From Candidatus Brocadiia bacterium (lineage in GTDB: Bacteria > Planctomycetota > Brocadiia > CAIUPP01): a stretch of 64,000 nucleotides of DNA. The stretch's first letter is position 1, and the number at the start of each line of letters is the position of its first letter. The position numbers were made by a program, and so were the translations under genes. The stretch covers positions 21,660-85,659 of the forward strand of contig JBEKCB010000024.1 in the NCBI GenBank assembly GCA_050015075.1, written 5' to 3'. Under the pieces are notes generated by a model. That model ran no database searches. It saw only the letters and a list, made by a program, of their open reading frames with translations, and had not been told where the DNA came from. This document shows, in pieces, positions 31,523 to 42,650 of the stretch.

Positions 31523-31879
31523 ATGAAGTTCGAGAGCGACCGGTTCATCTGCGAGATTCACGATGACGTGGCGCACGTGCGCTTCAAGGGACCGCAGGTG
31601 GTGGAGTACAGCCAGGCGAGCTACCTGGGTCCCGAGCTGCGGCGCGTGGTGAGTTCGTACGAGTTCCGCCTGCTGGTGCTCGATTGCGAGGGGCTGACGT
31701 TTCTGACGAGCACCGTGCTGGAGGCGTTCGTCACCGCCTACCTTCGCTGCCAGAAGCTCAGCCGCGCGGTGCGGATCGTCCACGCTGAGCCGCTCGTCCG
31801 CGAGACGCTCCGCACGACGCAGATTGACCTGCTGGTGCCGGTCCACGAGCGGCTCGACGAGGCGCTCAAGCTCGACTGA
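31523..31879 (+). CDS. STAS-domain anti-sigma factor antagonist
   Basis: AGGAG RBS; LVLDCEGLTFLTST.L, V.E.L..T.+D.L+.+.....EAL. Confidence 0.8.
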   Translation: MKFESDRFICEIHDDVAHVRFKGPQVVEYSQASYLGPELRRVVSSYEFRLLVLDCEGLTFLTSTVLEAFVTAYLRCQKLSRAVRIVHAEPLVRETLRTTQIDLLVPVHERLDEALKLD

Positions 31880-31898
31880 GCGCGCCGGGGTTAAAACC

Positions 31899-31931
31899 AA
31901 AGCTCCCCGCCGGATGTCGGCGGGGAGCTTT
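31899..31931. terminator. Bidirectional rho-independent terminator
   Basis: AAAGCTCCCCGCCG-gatgt-CGGCGGGGAGCTTT between convergent genes. Confidence 0.8.
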
Positions 31932-31973
31932 GTTATCCGAAGAGATGATTATGCCGGAATATAATGTCGAACG

Positions 31974-32174
31974 TCAGAGCTTCACGACTTTGTCAGCGCG
32001 CGGGCCTTTGGGTCCGGGGGCGAGCTCGAACTCGACCGCCTGGCCCTCGGCCAGCGTCTTGAAGCCTTCACCGACAATCGCAGTATGATGCACGAACACG
32101 TCTTCGCCGTTCTCCTGCGAGATGAAGCCGTAGCCTTTCTGGTCGCTGAACCATTTGACTTTGCCTTGAGGCAC
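31974..32174 (-). CDS. Cold-shock protein (CspA family)
   Basis: GKVKWF...KGYGFI, DVFVH, GFKTL.EGQ.VEF. Confidence 0.96.
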   Translation of the reverse strand: MPQGKVKWFSDQKGYGFISQENGEDVFVHHTAIVGEGFKTLAEGQAVEFELAPGPKGPRADKVVKL

Positions 32175-32502
32175 CTTTCCTCACCTCCTCTCGAAACCTG
32201 TAAAAACCCACCGGCCCGCGAGCGAGGCCGCCTTAAAGTTAGAAAGCCGCGAGGGCCACGCCCCTGCGGCTTGCCTTTCCACGCGCGACCGATATAAGCG
32301 GAATACCGAACATCCACGCCCTCTGCAAACTCATCGGCTGCGGTACGAGTATAGCACGCCGGGCTTCGCAGTCAAGGGGCGGCGCGGAATTTTCTTTTGC
32401 AGGAGATCGGCGGCGGCCGGGATGGAAAAACGGCCTGCGGTCGCCGGTCGAAGGCGCAACCGCAGGCCGTTCCTATGCTGCGCAACCGGCGACAGGCGCC
32501 GG

Positions 32503-33864
32503 TCAATTCCCCATGTCGAGGCCGGAGGCGCGGTCGAAGAGGTTCCAGACCAGTTGGCTGGTCGGCGAGCTGATCGTCAGGTCGTCCACGCCGTTGTTGG
32601 AACTGTAGGTGGTGCTGACTCCAGTTACAACGTCGTTGTAGGTGTAGTACCATCGGGTGAAGTTGCGGATCTGGTGGTCCGAGTCATCGTACCACTTGAC
32701 GTGGTTGTCGCCATAGAGAACGTTGTAGCCGTCCTGGTGGCACTTTGACGAGCGGCCGCCGCCATCCGCCACGAACTCGGGTATGCCGGGGATGGCGCCG
32801 TTCGCTTTCGGGTTGGCATAGTCGAAGCTGTCCGAGCAGATGGCCCGGTCCCCCAGCACGCGGTGGGTCTTGAACGCCGGCGTCATGAACTGGGGAAATA
32901 TCTGGTAGGGGGAATTCGGGTGTCCCACCGAGTCCAGCGGCACGATGCACTGGCCGGGATGCTTCGGATCATCCATGCTCGGATAGCCCGGCTGCGGATC
33001 GTTGACGGTTCCAGGATAATAAAAAGGCGTATCGCGGTAGGCGTAGCTGGAAAGCATGCCGACCACGCTGGGGACGGGCGGCGGAGGCTGCTGGCCTTTC
33101 TGCAAGGGCGGCGGCGGCGTCAGAATGGGCGTCAGCGGCGTCTGCAACAACTGAGTGCCGTCGCCGGTCAGGAACACGTCCTCGGCCGGACCGAGCGGGG
33201 GGTTGCCGACGATCTTCTGCCATTCGGCGGCGTCGTAATAGTATTGGTTTGCGCCGCCGTTGCTGTTGCTGCCATACCAGGTATTGGCGCCGCCTTTCAT
33301 GGACGGGCAATCGAGCACGCGCGCGTCGCCCAGATAGTTGCGCGCGAGGAGGATTCCGAGTCCCACCGGCATGAAGTTCGGCTGGTGCACCGGCGGAGTG
33401 GTATTCGCCACCACCGACGGCGCCAGATTGTCGGCGGTGACTAGCGTCCCGTTGTTGAGAGTCACGGTGGAGGGAAACTCAAAACTGTAGGCGATCATCA
33501 TGTTCCGGCTGGGGCCCTGGTGGCCCGCGTAATTCAGGAACGAATTAGAATTGTCAATATTGCCTGCAGCGTCGCGCCCCGGCCGTACGGTGGCTTGGGT
33601 GGAGCCGTAGCTGGCCCAGCTCGGCAGATAGTCGTCCATCGCTACGCAGTAGATGGCCAGCGTCTTGCCGATCTGGTCGAGGTTGCTCGTGCAATGCGCC
33701 CGGCGGGCTTGTTCGCGGGCCTTGGTGAGCGCCGGCAGCAGCATGCCCGCCAGAATGCCGATGATCGCGATCACGACCAGCATCTCGATCAGCGTAAATG
33801 CCCCGGAATGCCTGCGGATCATGCGGCGGAGCTTCCGGTAAGAAGGCGTGTGGCGCCGGCTCAT
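32503..33864 (-). CDS. Prepilin-type protein (DUF1559-like, H-X9-DG C-terminal motif)
   Basis: [38 protein letters not shown]; [15 protein letters not shown]. Confidence 0.9.
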   Translation of the reverse strand: MSRRHTPSYRKLRRMIRRHSGAFTLIEMLVVIAIIGILAGMLLPALTKAREQARRAHCTSNLDQIGKTLAIYCVAMDDYLPSWASYGSTQATVRPGRDAAGNIDNSNSFLNYAGHQGPSRNMMIAYSFEFPSTVTLNNGTLVTADNLAPSVVANTTPPVHQPNFMPVGLGILLARNYLGDARVLDCPSMKGGANTWYGSNSNGGANQYYYDAAEWQKIVGNPPLGPAEDVFLTGDGTQLLQTPLTPILTPPPPLQKGQQPPPPVPSVVGMLSSYAYRDTPFYYPGTVNDPQPGYPSMDDPKHPGQCIVPLDSVGHPNSPYQIFPQFMTPAFKTHRVLGDRAICSDSFDYANPKANGAIPGIPEFVADGGGRSSKCHQDGYNVLYGDNHVKWYDDSDHQIRNFTRWYYTYNDVVTGVSTTYSSNNGVDDLTISSPTSQLVWNLFDRASGLDMGN

Positions 33865-34202
33865 GAACTTCTCCTTTCAACACTTTCGGGGAACATCCGA
33901 CCCCTGCTTACTATAATCATAGGGGCGCACAGCCGGACAGTCAAGCGGAATTCGCGTCGGAGCGCCACGCGCCGGACATCCGGCGAGGCGGCTTCGCTTC
34001 GGATGAATCGGAACACAGCGGGGACTTGGCTGACGAAGCGGTTGCGGCGTATCGGAAACAAGCAGCGGCGGCGGCAGGGCGACTCTTTACGCCGGACCAT
34101 CGCCGGCTGGTCAGCCGGCACGAATGAAGCGGCGCGCCGGCGGGGTGCAGACTCTCGGGCACCCCGGCAGGCGCGCCGTTCGCTCTATCAGCCGCGTTGC
34201 GG

Positions 34203-34688
34203 TCACTTGGACTCGGGCGGGGGCGTCGTCGGGTTCCACGCTTCCTTCCCGCACCTCGGGCACTTGTAGTCGTGCAGCACTTTCAACATTGCCTGCCCCT
34301 GCGCTTGGCTGTATTCCCGTTGTTCCGGGGTTGGTTGTCCCCTGACGGTCGCCTTCGCCGGGAGTGGCGGCAGGAGGCTCGCCGGAACCTCCGGCACAGG
34401 AATGAGTTGGCCGCACGACGAGCACTTCATCGCTCTCACGATCGTATAGTCGCCGGTCTTGGGGTTCTTGAAGTGGCCGGACGAGTCGGCTTTATATTTG
34501 CCAGCCCAATCGGAGGATGTCTCTGTGAAAACTTCAAGAGACTTCATGTCAATCATTTGGACCTTCTCGTTCTGCCCCGTCGCCAGCACCGCCGGCTCTT
34601 CATTCGAGGTCCGCTTCACGGCGAGCACCACTGCGATAACGATGACGACGACCAGCACGACCATGATCACGAGCTTCTTACTGTCCAT
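34203..34688 (-). CDS. Hypothetical membrane-anchored protein with two CxxC motifs
   Basis: N-terminal TM helix, CSSC and CPRC; GGAAATGAGG RBS-like region. Confidence 0.7.
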   Translation of the reverse strand: MDSKKLVIMVVLVVVIVIAVVLAVKRTSNEEPAVLATGQNEKVQMIDMKSLEVFTETSSDWAGKYKADSSGHFKNPKTGDYTIVRAMKCSSCGQLIPVPEVPASLLPPLPAKATVRGQPTPEQREYSQAQGQAMLKVLHDYKCPRCGKEAWNPTTPPPESK

Positions 34689-35095
34689 ACCTCATTTCCT
34701 CCCATAAGTTCCCGCGGAATCCAACTGCACCCACTATACACACGGCCCATTACCGGAATGTGACGCTCAAACTTTCCCCTTCAGCCCGCCTGAGAATAGT
34801 CGGTGTCTTGAGCGCGGTCGAAAAACCACGGATTGCGTTCCCTTGTCCGCTGCCCATGATGCGCAACGCCGCAGCCTTTTCGTTTCCGACCTGTTACATG
34901 TTATCTTTGCGTGAAGGAATAGTCAACCTTTTAATGGCAGATTTTGGCGGCAATGTCGGGTCCTGTCATCGGCGATTTGCCTGCGCGGCATGGCCTGTTG
35001 GAGTTGGCGTTTCCGGCCGGCCTCGGCATTGCCGTTCTTGCCGTATCGTGCTATAAAATGATTCCCGTCGCCGCCAACGCCGCACGGGTACTTCC

Positions 35096-35905
35096 ATGGG
35101 TTTACAGCCTTGCGACCATTGCGGAAAACCCATCACCGGCAGAGGCAAGCGTTACTGCTCCATCGCCTGTTTCTACGCGCACCGGCGCGCTGAGGGCAAG
35201 TGCGCCGTTTGCCGCAATTGCGGCCGCGAGTACCGCCCGCGCCACGGCGCCCGGCAGCCGAAGTTCTGCTCGCCGGCCTGTTTCGAAGCCCACCGCCGCG
35301 CGAATCCGCGGCAGTACTGGACCCGTCTGCGCCTGCGCGTCCAATGCGAAAGCTGCGGCTGCGAATTCGAAAAGAAACAGAGCCAGTGCCGCGTCAGCGC
35401 GCACCATTTCTGCTCGCGCGCCTGCGCCAACCGCGCCCACTCGCGCGCGGTCAGGGAGAACCCGCAGGCGTACCGCGCCGGCCGGACCGCCGCCGTGTGC
35501 CAGGGCTGCGGGAAAACGTTCCACGTCGCCCGATACCGGGCCGCCACCGCCCGGTACTGCTCGAAAGCCTGCATGTTCATCCATCGCTTCGCGCCGAAGG
35601 GCGGCGGGGGCGCGCCGGAGCGGGCCGGCTCGAATAACCTCCACACCGCGCGCGACAGCGCTCGCAGGCACCTGGGCGAGAAGTGCCTGCTCTGCGGCTT
35701 CGATGTCTTCGTCGAGACCCATCACATCGTCGCGCGGCGCGACGGCGGCACCAACCGGATCGAGAACCTGAGCATCCTCTGTCCGAACCATCACAAGATG
35801 GCGCACCTCGGGTTCATCGCCCCTGCAGAGCTGAAGCGTCTGACGCTCGCCGCCCTCGCCCGCCGCTCCGGCCGCCTGCCGCTGTTCGAGCCGCCGGGCG
35901 GATGA
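35096..35905 (+). CDS. HNH endonuclease with four N-terminal CxxC...[FY]CSxxC zinc-finger repeats
   Basis: Four CxxCG...[YF]CS.AC units; C-terminal CLLC...HHIV....GG.N...NL..LCPNHH...H. Confidence 0.85.
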   Translation: MGLQPCDHCGKPITGRGKRYCSIACFYAHRRAEGKCAVCRNCGREYRPRHGARQPKFCSPACFEAHRRANPRQYWTRLRLRVQCESCGCEFEKKQSQCRVSAHHFCSRACANRAHSRAVRENPQAYRAGRTAAVCQGCGKTFHVARYRAATARYCSKACMFIHRFAPKGGGGAPERAGSNNLHTARDSARRHLGEKCLLCGFDVFVETHHIVARRDGGTNRIENLSILCPNHHKMAHLGFIAPAELKRLTLAALARRSGRLPLFEPPGG

Positions 35906-35950
35906 GGCGAGTATCCGCAAGTGATCTGCTTGCCCCACTAAAAGTTCCGC

Positions 35951-36361
35951 TCAGCGGAGATGGAGAACCGCTTTGGCTGCAAGCAATTGTGCGATACTTT
36001 TCCTCTCCGATTTCTCAGCGGGCCAACCGGTAATGTGAGCATGGTTTGGGCAATCAGCATCCGGCGCGGCTTCGGTATGCAAGGCCTGCTTCGAGACGTC
36101 GTAAACATGTAGGTCTGCTCGGCCATGCAGGATCACTCGCGGGTTCGTCTTGGCCGCTTCGTCAGCAATTCTTTGACCGACTTTCCACAGTTCATCTTCC
36201 GACAGGCTGATGTGGCGAATGACGGAAAGTTGAAGATCAGGGGGCGGGATGAAGGCGTCTGGCTTTACGGTCCGGTCCGTTCGCCTGAACCATCGTTCAA
36301 ACTTGATGAAGCGGGCCAGCAACTCGTCGGCGGCAACTGGCTGGAGGGCTGTTTCGCTCAT
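35951..36361 (-). CDS. Hypothetical protein, possible ADP-ribosyltransferase-like fold
   Basis: E.L.R, AF.P, LSV, H+.I.GW motif spacing; third gene of a translationally coupled triad. Confidence 0.55.
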   Translation of the reverse strand: MSETALQPVAADELLARFIKFERWFRRTDRTVKPDAFIPPPDLQLSVIRHISLSEDELWKVGQRIADEAAKTNPRVILHGRADLHVYDVSKQALHTEAAPDADCPNHAHITGWPAEKSERKSIAQLLAAKAVLHLR

Positions 36362-36843
36362 GCAGCATAAACTTGCTGAATCAGGTTCAGAATAGCCGGC
36401 GGGACATCAGCGACGAATGGTTCTGTGCCGAAGGCTTTGCTATCGTTGAACAATGCGGCGTAATGCAGATAGCCATCGGGGCCAACGCTGACCGACAGAG
36501 TGCGCCGAGGGGCGACGTACCATTCGAGCGCCAGCTCACCATCTGCCTCTGCACCAACCGACGGAGTGGGCGTTCTCAACGAAAGCGACTCCAGAAACCG
36601 GCTTGCAATGCGATAGGTTTCATCCTTGATGGCTGCGGCACCGTAACCGTCCCAATTCCCCTCTCGGCATTGCTCGTAGATGACGCACAGTTCGTCGAAG
36701 ACACCGCCGAAATAAACGGACCGCTGCAGATGCTCGCGGCTTTGATCGCACTGCCTTGCGACGAACCCCGCCGCCGGACTGGTAGCACGTGACGGATTCG
36801 GTTTACACATGAGCGAAGCGGACAGAACCACTTCTGGGATCAT
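36358..36843 (-). CDS. Hypothetical protein (NWDGYGA...DGE+.LEW motif)
   Basis: 161-aa ORF coupled by ATGA overlaps to both neighbours. Confidence 0.7.
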   Translation of the reverse strand: MIPEVVLSASLMCKPNPSRATSPAAGFVARQCDQSREHLQRSVYFGGVFDELCVIYEQCREGNWDGYGAAAIKDETYRIASRFLESLSLRTPTPSVGAEADGELALEWYVAPRRTLSVSVGPDGYLHYAALFNDSKAFGTEPFVADVPPAILNLIQQVYAA

Positions 36844-37604
36844 GTGAAAATCCCTTTCGTTTTCGGTGTAATACTGTCAAAAAAGACCCTGTTTTTCAAC
36901 CACTGCATCTCGACCAGTCGTTTCTTGAGCGGCGCTTCGTCCAAATCCATCGGCTCGTAGATAAAAACATCGATGTCCAGGATGAGGGGGACCTTCGCTG
37001 GCGTTCCTTCGGCCGGTTGCATGGTTCGAATGAGGTTTACCATGTAACTGGTCTCCGGCAGCCGCAACGCGTCTTGATGCAAGAACCACCCGCGAGCCAA
37101 CCCCAACGATGCCAAAGGCTGCGGCGAGCCAATCAGGTAATCTTCCAGCCGGAAACCGTCATTGGGGAACAACATCCGGTTAATGAACCGAACGCCTATT
37201 CGTTGGATCACATCGGGAAGGGTAAGTTCGACGTAGGCCTTCCACAACCGAAGCGCCTCTTCCTCAAACGCTTTCCAATTTTGGTACGGCTCCAGTCTGC
37301 TGAACGCGAAACCATCCTTCTCAAACTTCGCTACGTTGTGTTGATCCTTCGACCAAAACTGCAGCCCGGTCCAACCGATATCAACGACGCGGTGTTCAGG
37401 GAGCTTTCCCGCTTCCGCCGTCAGCTGCCCCTGAAACTGTCGCAACTGCTGCGCGGTTGGATAATCCGGCAACTTCTCCTTCAGGCGTTTCTGAAAGGCC
37501 TCCTGATCCCAGGGCACTGACGGCTTGGCGCGCAGGTCAATAACCGCCTCGACAATCGGAGCGCGCGGCAGATGCGGAAACGTTTCTGAAAAATCAATGT
37601 TCAT
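36840..37604 (-). CDS. TIGR04255 family protein
   Basis: L..APIVEAVIDLR, G..FSRL.PY..W..F, RIG+R+IN, ILDIDV, KN..FF.SIT. Confidence 0.85.
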   Translation of the reverse strand: MNIDFSETFPHLPRAPIVEAVIDLRAKPSVPWDQEAFQKRLKEKLPDYPTAQQLRQFQGQLTAEAGKLPEHRVVDIGWTGLQFWSKDQHNVAKFEKDGFAFSRLEPYQNWKAFEEEALRLWKAYVELTLPDVIQRIGVRFINRMLFPNDGFRLEDYLIGSPQPLASLGLARGWFLHQDALRLPETSYMVNLIRTMQPAEGTPAKVPLILDIDVFIYEPMDLDEAPLKKRLVEMQWLKNRVFFDSITPKTKGIFT

Positions 37605-37739
37605 GGAATTGGAGGTGATTCTATCATATTGAAGGACGGATTTGAAAGCGTCGCGGCGTACTCGTCGTCGGGCTGCCCACCTCAGCGGCCGAGGCCGAGG
37701 GCGACGACGAGGACGAGTACGACATGCGCAGAATACTTT

Positions 37740-39107
37740 TCACTTCGTCCGCTTGATGATGTGGAACCCGAACGGGGTCTCGACCACGCCGGAGATCTCG
37801 CCGACCTTGAGTTGGAAGGCGGCGTCCTCGAAGGGCTTGGCCATGGCGCCTTTCTTGAACGCGCCCAGGTCGCCGCCGCGCTCCTTGGCGCCGGGCTCGT
37901 CGGAGTATTCCCTGGCCAGCGCCGCGAAGTCCGCGCCGGGGGCCTGGGCTTTGGCCAGGACCTCATCGGCCAGTTTCCGCGCCTCCTCTTTGGTCCGCGT
38001 CGCCGAGGAACGCTCCGCGCCCTGGTAGCTGATCAGGATGTGACTGGCGGCGATCTCGTCGGTGGGGATGTCCTCGACGAGGTCGCTGAGCGGATGGCGC
38101 ATCTTCTCCGCGGTCCAACCGGGCAGTTCATAGACCCACGGCGCGTTTCGCGGAGTGAAGTCGCGCGCTTTCTCCACGGCCTGCAGCAGGGCGTCTTTCT
38201 TCTTCAGTTCCTGCTCGGCCTCGGTCGGGGTGATCTGGACGCTCTCAATGTTCGGCGCGGAGGCGGAGAACTTCGCGTAATACTGGTCTCCCTTTTTCGC
38301 GAGCTGGACGGTGTAGACCAGGTTGCTGGCGAGCCGGCAGGTGTAGGTCGTGTCCCATTCCAGCGGCATCTTGTCGGCGGGGGAGACGTCGCTGAACTCC
38401 AGGTCGGTCAGCGCCGTGGCTACGGTGTCGCAGACGGAGGACTTCGCGCGCTTCCCCTCGGGGATTTTTTCCAGCGTCACGACGCCCTTCTCGTCGCGCG
38501 AGAGGGCGTACTGGTCCTTTCCGGTCTGGACCTCGACGCGCCGGATGTCGTCCGCCTTGACGTCAATGATCTTCTTGTCGAGATAAGCCATCGGCGTCGG
38601 GTCAATCGCCGGGTTGGTCTCGGAGGCGTAGACGGCGCTCTGGTCGAGCAGCCGCACGTACGCGCCGCCGCCCTCGGCGTTCTTGCCGCGCACGAAGCCG
38701 AACAGCGTGCCGCCGGAGCTGTCCTTGAACGTCACCGCGACCGCGTCGTCGGCGCCTTCCTCGACGCCCAGTTCCCGGTAGTTCTCCTTCGCGTCGGTCA
38801 CCTTCGACCGGCACCGGATTTCCAGGCAGGCGAGCAGCAGCTCGTTGATCCGCTTCACCGACGCGGGATAGTCGTTCCGCTCGGCCAGGACGAAGCCTTT
38901 GTCCGGGCGGCGCTCCAGCGTGACGGTTTCCTTGCCATGAACGATGGAGATCGTCTGGATCTTCTCCGGCGCAACGCCCTGGATCAGCAGCGAGCCGGGC
39001 TGGAATTCCTGCTTCGCGGGGCGGTTGCCGGAATACAGGGCGAGCACGGCGACGACCATTGCGGCCGTCACGGCCAACAGGACGGCGAGGCTCTTGTTGC
39101 CGGTCAT
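37740..39107 (-). CDS. DUF4340 protein fused to a parvulin-type peptidyl-prolyl isomerase
   Basis: N-terminal TM and DUF4340-like region; C-terminal ASHILI, F..LA.EYSD, GGDLG.F, M..PFE.AAF.L..GE+[11 protein letters not shown]. Confidence 0.85.
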   Translation of the reverse strand: MTGNKSLAVLLAVTAAMVVAVLALYSGNRPAKQEFQPGSLLIQGVAPEKIQTISIVHGKETVTLERRPDKGFVLAERNDYPASVKRINELLLACLEIRCRSKVTDAKENYRELGVEEGADDAVAVTFKDSSGGTLFGFVRGKNAEGGGAYVRLLDQSAVYASETNPAIDPTPMAYLDKKIIDVKADDIRRVEVQTGKDQYALSRDEKGVVTLEKIPEGKRAKSSVCDTVATALTDLEFSDVSPADKMPLEWDTTYTCRLASNLVYTVQLAKKGDQYYAKFSASAPNIESVQITPTEAEQELKKKDALLQAVEKARDFTPRNAPWVYELPGWTAEKMRHPLSDLVEDIPTDEIAASHILISYQGAERSSATRTKEEARKLADEVLAKAQAPGADFAALAREYSDEPGAKERGGDLGAFKKGAMAKPFEDAAFQLKVGEISGVVETPFGFHIIKRTK

Positions 39108-41065
39108 CAGGATGCCCTCCGAGCGATGTAGCGTCGCGCGCGAACGAAGCGGACGACGGCCAGGACGATGGCGATGAGAAGGACGGCGGCCGGCGCCCAG
39201 ACGAGGTTGTGAGTCTCGATCTTCACGCCGAGCGCTTCGATCCGCGAGCGTTTCCCCGCGTTCAGGCGGCGCAGCTCCTTTTGGGCCTGGCGGATGTCCT
39301 CCTCCACCTTCTTGCGTTGAGCGACCGCTTCGCCGGCGATCAGTTTCTCGTTGCCCTCCGTGGCCGACGCGCCCAGCTTGGCGAGCTGGTCCTGATACGC
39401 TTTGATCCGCTCGTTGAGCGCATTGACCTGGTCGCCGGTGGCGGCTTCGGCTTCGCGGTCAATCCGGTCCACCACCGTGAACGGCCGGTTGAAGCCGCCG
39501 CGCGAGCGGATGGCGATCAAGTCGGACGACCCGGCGAGGAAATCCAGCGCGTTGGAGACCAGCGGCGCATTGTCGCCCTGTTGCTCGGCGCCGAAGAACG
39601 CCTCGCGGTACGCCACCATGTCCGAGATCATGTCCACGTCCGCGAAGACCAGGATCACGCCCTCGCCGGGCGCTTCCTTGACCGCCTCGACCGTCTTCGG
39701 CTTGGGCTCCTCGGTGGGCTTGCCGTTCGGCGGCGCAGGCTCCTTCTTCTCTTCGACCGGGAGCCCGTTCGGGAAGTTGGTCCGGAACTTTCCGGTGATG
39801 CGGCACGCCAGCATGAGGGGCTTCGTGCCGTCCGTAACCGCGCGGCGGATGGCCTCCGGGTTCGGCGAGGTCAATTCCCATGGCCCGGCGGGTTTCCACG
39901 CGTTGCCGGTGGAGGTGGTGGTCAGGAGCGGCGTCACCTTGACGCCGGCCGTCTCCACCTCCTTGAGCACGCCGGCGAACAGCACCCGCACGTCGTGCAG
40001 CGGCGCCGTGATGACTTCCTTCCGGTTGAAGCAGTCGTCCTGGAGCAGCATGTACGGCAGCAGCGGCGAGGGCGGCTCGTTCGGCCCGAGCGAAGCCTTG
40101 ATCGCGAGCAGGCGGTCCACCGCGATCTCGCCGGGCGCCATCTCCACGCCCCAGCCGCGCAGCAGCGCGTTCAGGTCCGACGACCTCTTCGGCTCCGACA
40201 TCTCGGAGGGTTCCTGCGTCCGCGGCTGGTCCGCCACGCAGAAGGGGTCAACGAACACCATCAGCCGCCCGCCCTTCATGACGAACTGGTCAATGGCGAA
40301 GAGAGTTTTCTTCGGCAGGTCCTTCGGGTGAACGACCATCAGGAAGTCCAGGCCCGCCGGAATGGCGTCCGCGTCCGCCGGGACGGTCTCGATGTCGTAC
40401 GTCTCGCGCAGTTCCGTGATGATCGTCCACGGTTTCGGCATCTCGCGCCCCTGCATGCGCATCATCTGCATCAGGTACGGCGACATCTCCGGCCCGGCCA
40501 GCTCCAGCGAGGAAAGCACGCCCACCTTTTTCTTGTCGCGCAGGACGGCGGTGGAGATGAGCTTCGAGATGTCGTACTCCACGAAGTCCTGCCGCTCCGG
40601 CTCGAAGAAGGGGATCACCTTGACCTTCCCGAACGCCGTCTGCGCCACCAGCCCGAAGAAGAAGACGTCGTCCTCCGAAAGCGCGAAGCGCTTGACGCCC
40701 GCCTGCAGAGCCTCTTCCTCCGCGTCGGAATACTGGCGCGGGTCCAGGACCTCCAGCTTGAGTTTGCCGCCGGAGAGCTTAACGTATTCCTCCAGCAGGT
40801 CGCGCACGTACAGGTAGTAGCTGTTGAAGAACCGGATCGCGTCGGGGCCTTTCATCGCCGCCGTGCGGCTGTAATACAGCTTCAGCGTCAGCGGCTGGTT
40901 GAGCTGGCCGAGGATATGGCGCGTCCCGGGCGACAAGGTGTAAATCTTCTCCTGCGTCAAATCCACCCGCACGCCGCGGACGGTCTTCTGGAGGACCAGG
41001 ATCAGGCAAAGCGCGATGACCAGGACGCAGATGACGGCCAGGGCGGTTCGAATCGTCTTGCTCAT
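39107..41065 (-). CDS. GldG-family ABC-transporter auxiliary protein
   Basis: [42 protein letters not shown]. Confidence 0.88.
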   Translation of the reverse strand: MSKTIRTALAVICVLVIALCLILVLQKTVRGVRVDLTQEKIYTLSPGTRHILGQLNQPLTLKLYYSRTAAMKGPDAIRFFNSYYLYVRDLLEEYVKLSGGKLKLEVLDPRQYSDAEEEALQAGVKRFALSEDDVFFFGLVAQTAFGKVKVIPFFEPERQDFVEYDISKLISTAVLRDKKKVGVLSSLELAGPEMSPYLMQMMRMQGREMPKPWTIITELRETYDIETVPADADAIPAGLDFLMVVHPKDLPKKTLFAIDQFVMKGGRLMVFVDPFCVADQPRTQEPSEMSEPKRSSDLNALLRGWGVEMAPGEIAVDRLLAIKASLGPNEPPSPLLPYMLLQDDCFNRKEVITAPLHDVRVLFAGVLKEVETAGVKVTPLLTTTSTGNAWKPAGPWELTSPNPEAIRRAVTDGTKPLMLACRITGKFRTNFPNGLPVEEKKEPAPPNGKPTEEPKPKTVEAVKEAPGEGVILVFADVDMISDMVAYREAFFGAEQQGDNAPLVSNALDFLAGSSDLIAIRSRGGFNRPFTVVDRIDREAEAATGDQVNALNERIKAYQDQLAKLGASATEGNEKLIAGEAVAQRKKVEEDIRQAQKELRRLNAGKRSRIEALGVKIETHNLVWAPAAVLLIAIVLAVVRFVRARRYIARRAS

Positions 41066-41796
41066 CCGGCAGCCATCCTTTCTTTGAGGGTCAGAACATT
41101 CGCGCAGAGCCAGGCCGCGCCGAGGATCACGAAGAACGCCACGTCGCGCAGGTCCAGCACGCCGCGCATGAGCGACTCAAACCGCAGTTGGATGCTCAGG
41201 CTTTCGATCACCTCGACGCCCTTGAGCGGGATGAAGCCGCTCAGGAAGTCCATCGCCGCCGGGCTGCTCGCGTACAGGAACAGCGCGCACGCGACGACCG
41301 ACAGCACGAAGGCGATCACCTGGTTGCGCGTCAGCGACGAGAAAAAGCTGCCGATCGCCAGGTACGCGCCGGCCAGCAGCATCGTCCCGAAGTACCCGCC
41401 GATGATCGGCCCGGGATCCGGCTGTCCCAGGTAGCAGACGGTGATCACCATCGGGCAGGTCAGGACCAGCGCCAGCGCGATCACGGTCCAGGCGGCGAAA
41501 AATTTCCCCAGCACGGCCTGCGTGACCGTCAGCGGCAGGGTCATGAGCAGCTCGATCGAGTTCGTGCGCCGCTCCTCGGCCCACAGCCGCATGGCCATCG
41601 CCGGCGCCAGGAAGATGAACAGCAGCGGCATGTTCATGAAGAAGAGCCGCAGCGACGCGATGCGCATCTCGTAGAAACCGTGCTGGAACGTCATGAAGCT
41701 CGCGAAGAGGAGGAAGATGACCAGGAACACGTACGCCAGCGGCGTGGAGAAATAGCCGCGCAGCTCGCGCTTGAAAATACTGACGAACCCTTTCAT
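41062..41796 (-). CDS. ABC-2 permease (GldF-like)
   Basis: IFKREL..YF.TPLAYVF, MRLWAEERR..+IELL.TLP, SSLT.NQ+IAF. Confidence 0.9.
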   Translation of the reverse strand: MKGFVSIFKRELRGYFSTPLAYVFLVIFLLFASFMTFQHGFYEMRIASLRLFFMNMPLLFIFLAPAMAMRLWAEERRTNSIELLMTLPLTVTQAVLGKFFAAWTVIALALVLTCPMVITVCYLGQPDPGPIIGGYFGTMLLAGAYLAIGSFFSSLTRNQVIAFVLSVVACALFLYASSPAAMDFLSGFIPLKGVEVIESLSIQLRFESLMRGVLDLRDVAFFVILGAAWLCANVLTLKERMAAG

Positions 41797-42557
41797 GGCC
41801 TGCCTCCCGCCGCGCGGAGGTTGAGCGAGCCCGCCGCGCGGTTTACGTCCCGCGTGGTCAGCTTGCGGAAAATCTCGTCCAGCGTGCCGCCCTCGCGCTG
41901 CCGGAGCGCATCCGGCGTCGTATCCTCCAGGATGCGGCCCCGCGCGATAATGATGATCCGCGTGCAGATCGCGTCCACTTCCTCCAGGACGTGCGTGCTG
42001 ATGATCATGCACTTCTCCCGCGCCATGCGCCGGATGAGCTGGCGCACCTCGTGCTTCTGGTTCGGGTCGAGTCCGTCGGTCGGCTCGTCCAGGATCAGGA
42101 TGGCCGGATCGTGCACCAGCGCCTGCGCCAGCCCCACGCGCCGGCGGTAGCCCTTCGACAGCGTGCCGATCGGCTGGTGCATCACCCCGGTCAGCGCGCA
42201 GGTCTCGGCGACGCGGTCAATGGCCGCGGCGCGCTCCCTGCCGCGGATGTCCCGAGCGTCGCAGATGAACCTCAGGAAGCTTTCCGCGGTCATCTCGTCA
42301 TACGCCGGCACGTTCTCGGCCAGGTAGCCGGTGCGCCGCCGGACTTCCACGGACTCTTTGACGATGTCGTGCCCGAGCACCGTCGCCGTCCCGCCGTCGG
42401 GCGGCAGGAAACAGCTCAGCATGCGCATGGTCGTGGACTTCCCTGCGCCGTTCGGCCCCAGGAACCCGAGCACCTCGCCCTTGTTGACCTTGAACGACAC
42501 GCGGTCAACGGCGAGAATGGGGCCGAAGGACTTGCTCAGCGCCTTCGCTTCGATCAT
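41793..42557 (-). CDS. ABC transporter ATP-binding protein (GldA-like)
   Basis: GPNGAGKST, LSKGY, ILDEPT.GLDP, STH. Confidence 0.95.
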   Translation of the reverse strand: MIEAKALSKSFGPILAVDRVSFKVNKGEVLGFLGPNGAGKSTTMRMLSCFLPPDGGTATVLGHDIVKESVEVRRRTGYLAENVPAYDEMTAESFLRFICDARDIRGRERAAAIDRVAETCALTGVMHQPIGTLSKGYRRRVGLAQALVHDPAILILDEPTDGLDPNQKHEVRQLIRRMAREKCMIISTHVLEEVDAICTRIIIIARGRILEDTTPDALRQREGGTLDEIFRKLTTRDVNRAAGSLNLRAAGGRP

Positions 42558-42650
42558 CGGTCTGGAGACCTCCTCAAAACACCGCGAGATTCCGGGGACG
42601 GCAGGGCAGGAACCTCCGGGGCGGCTGCGCCAGTCGGCTGCGCGCGACGG

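Noticed and set aside
34949-35032. GC-rich hairpin upstream of the HNH gene considered as a tRNA or ncRNA
   Set aside because: No cloverleaf, T-loop or known riboswitch motif was recognised.
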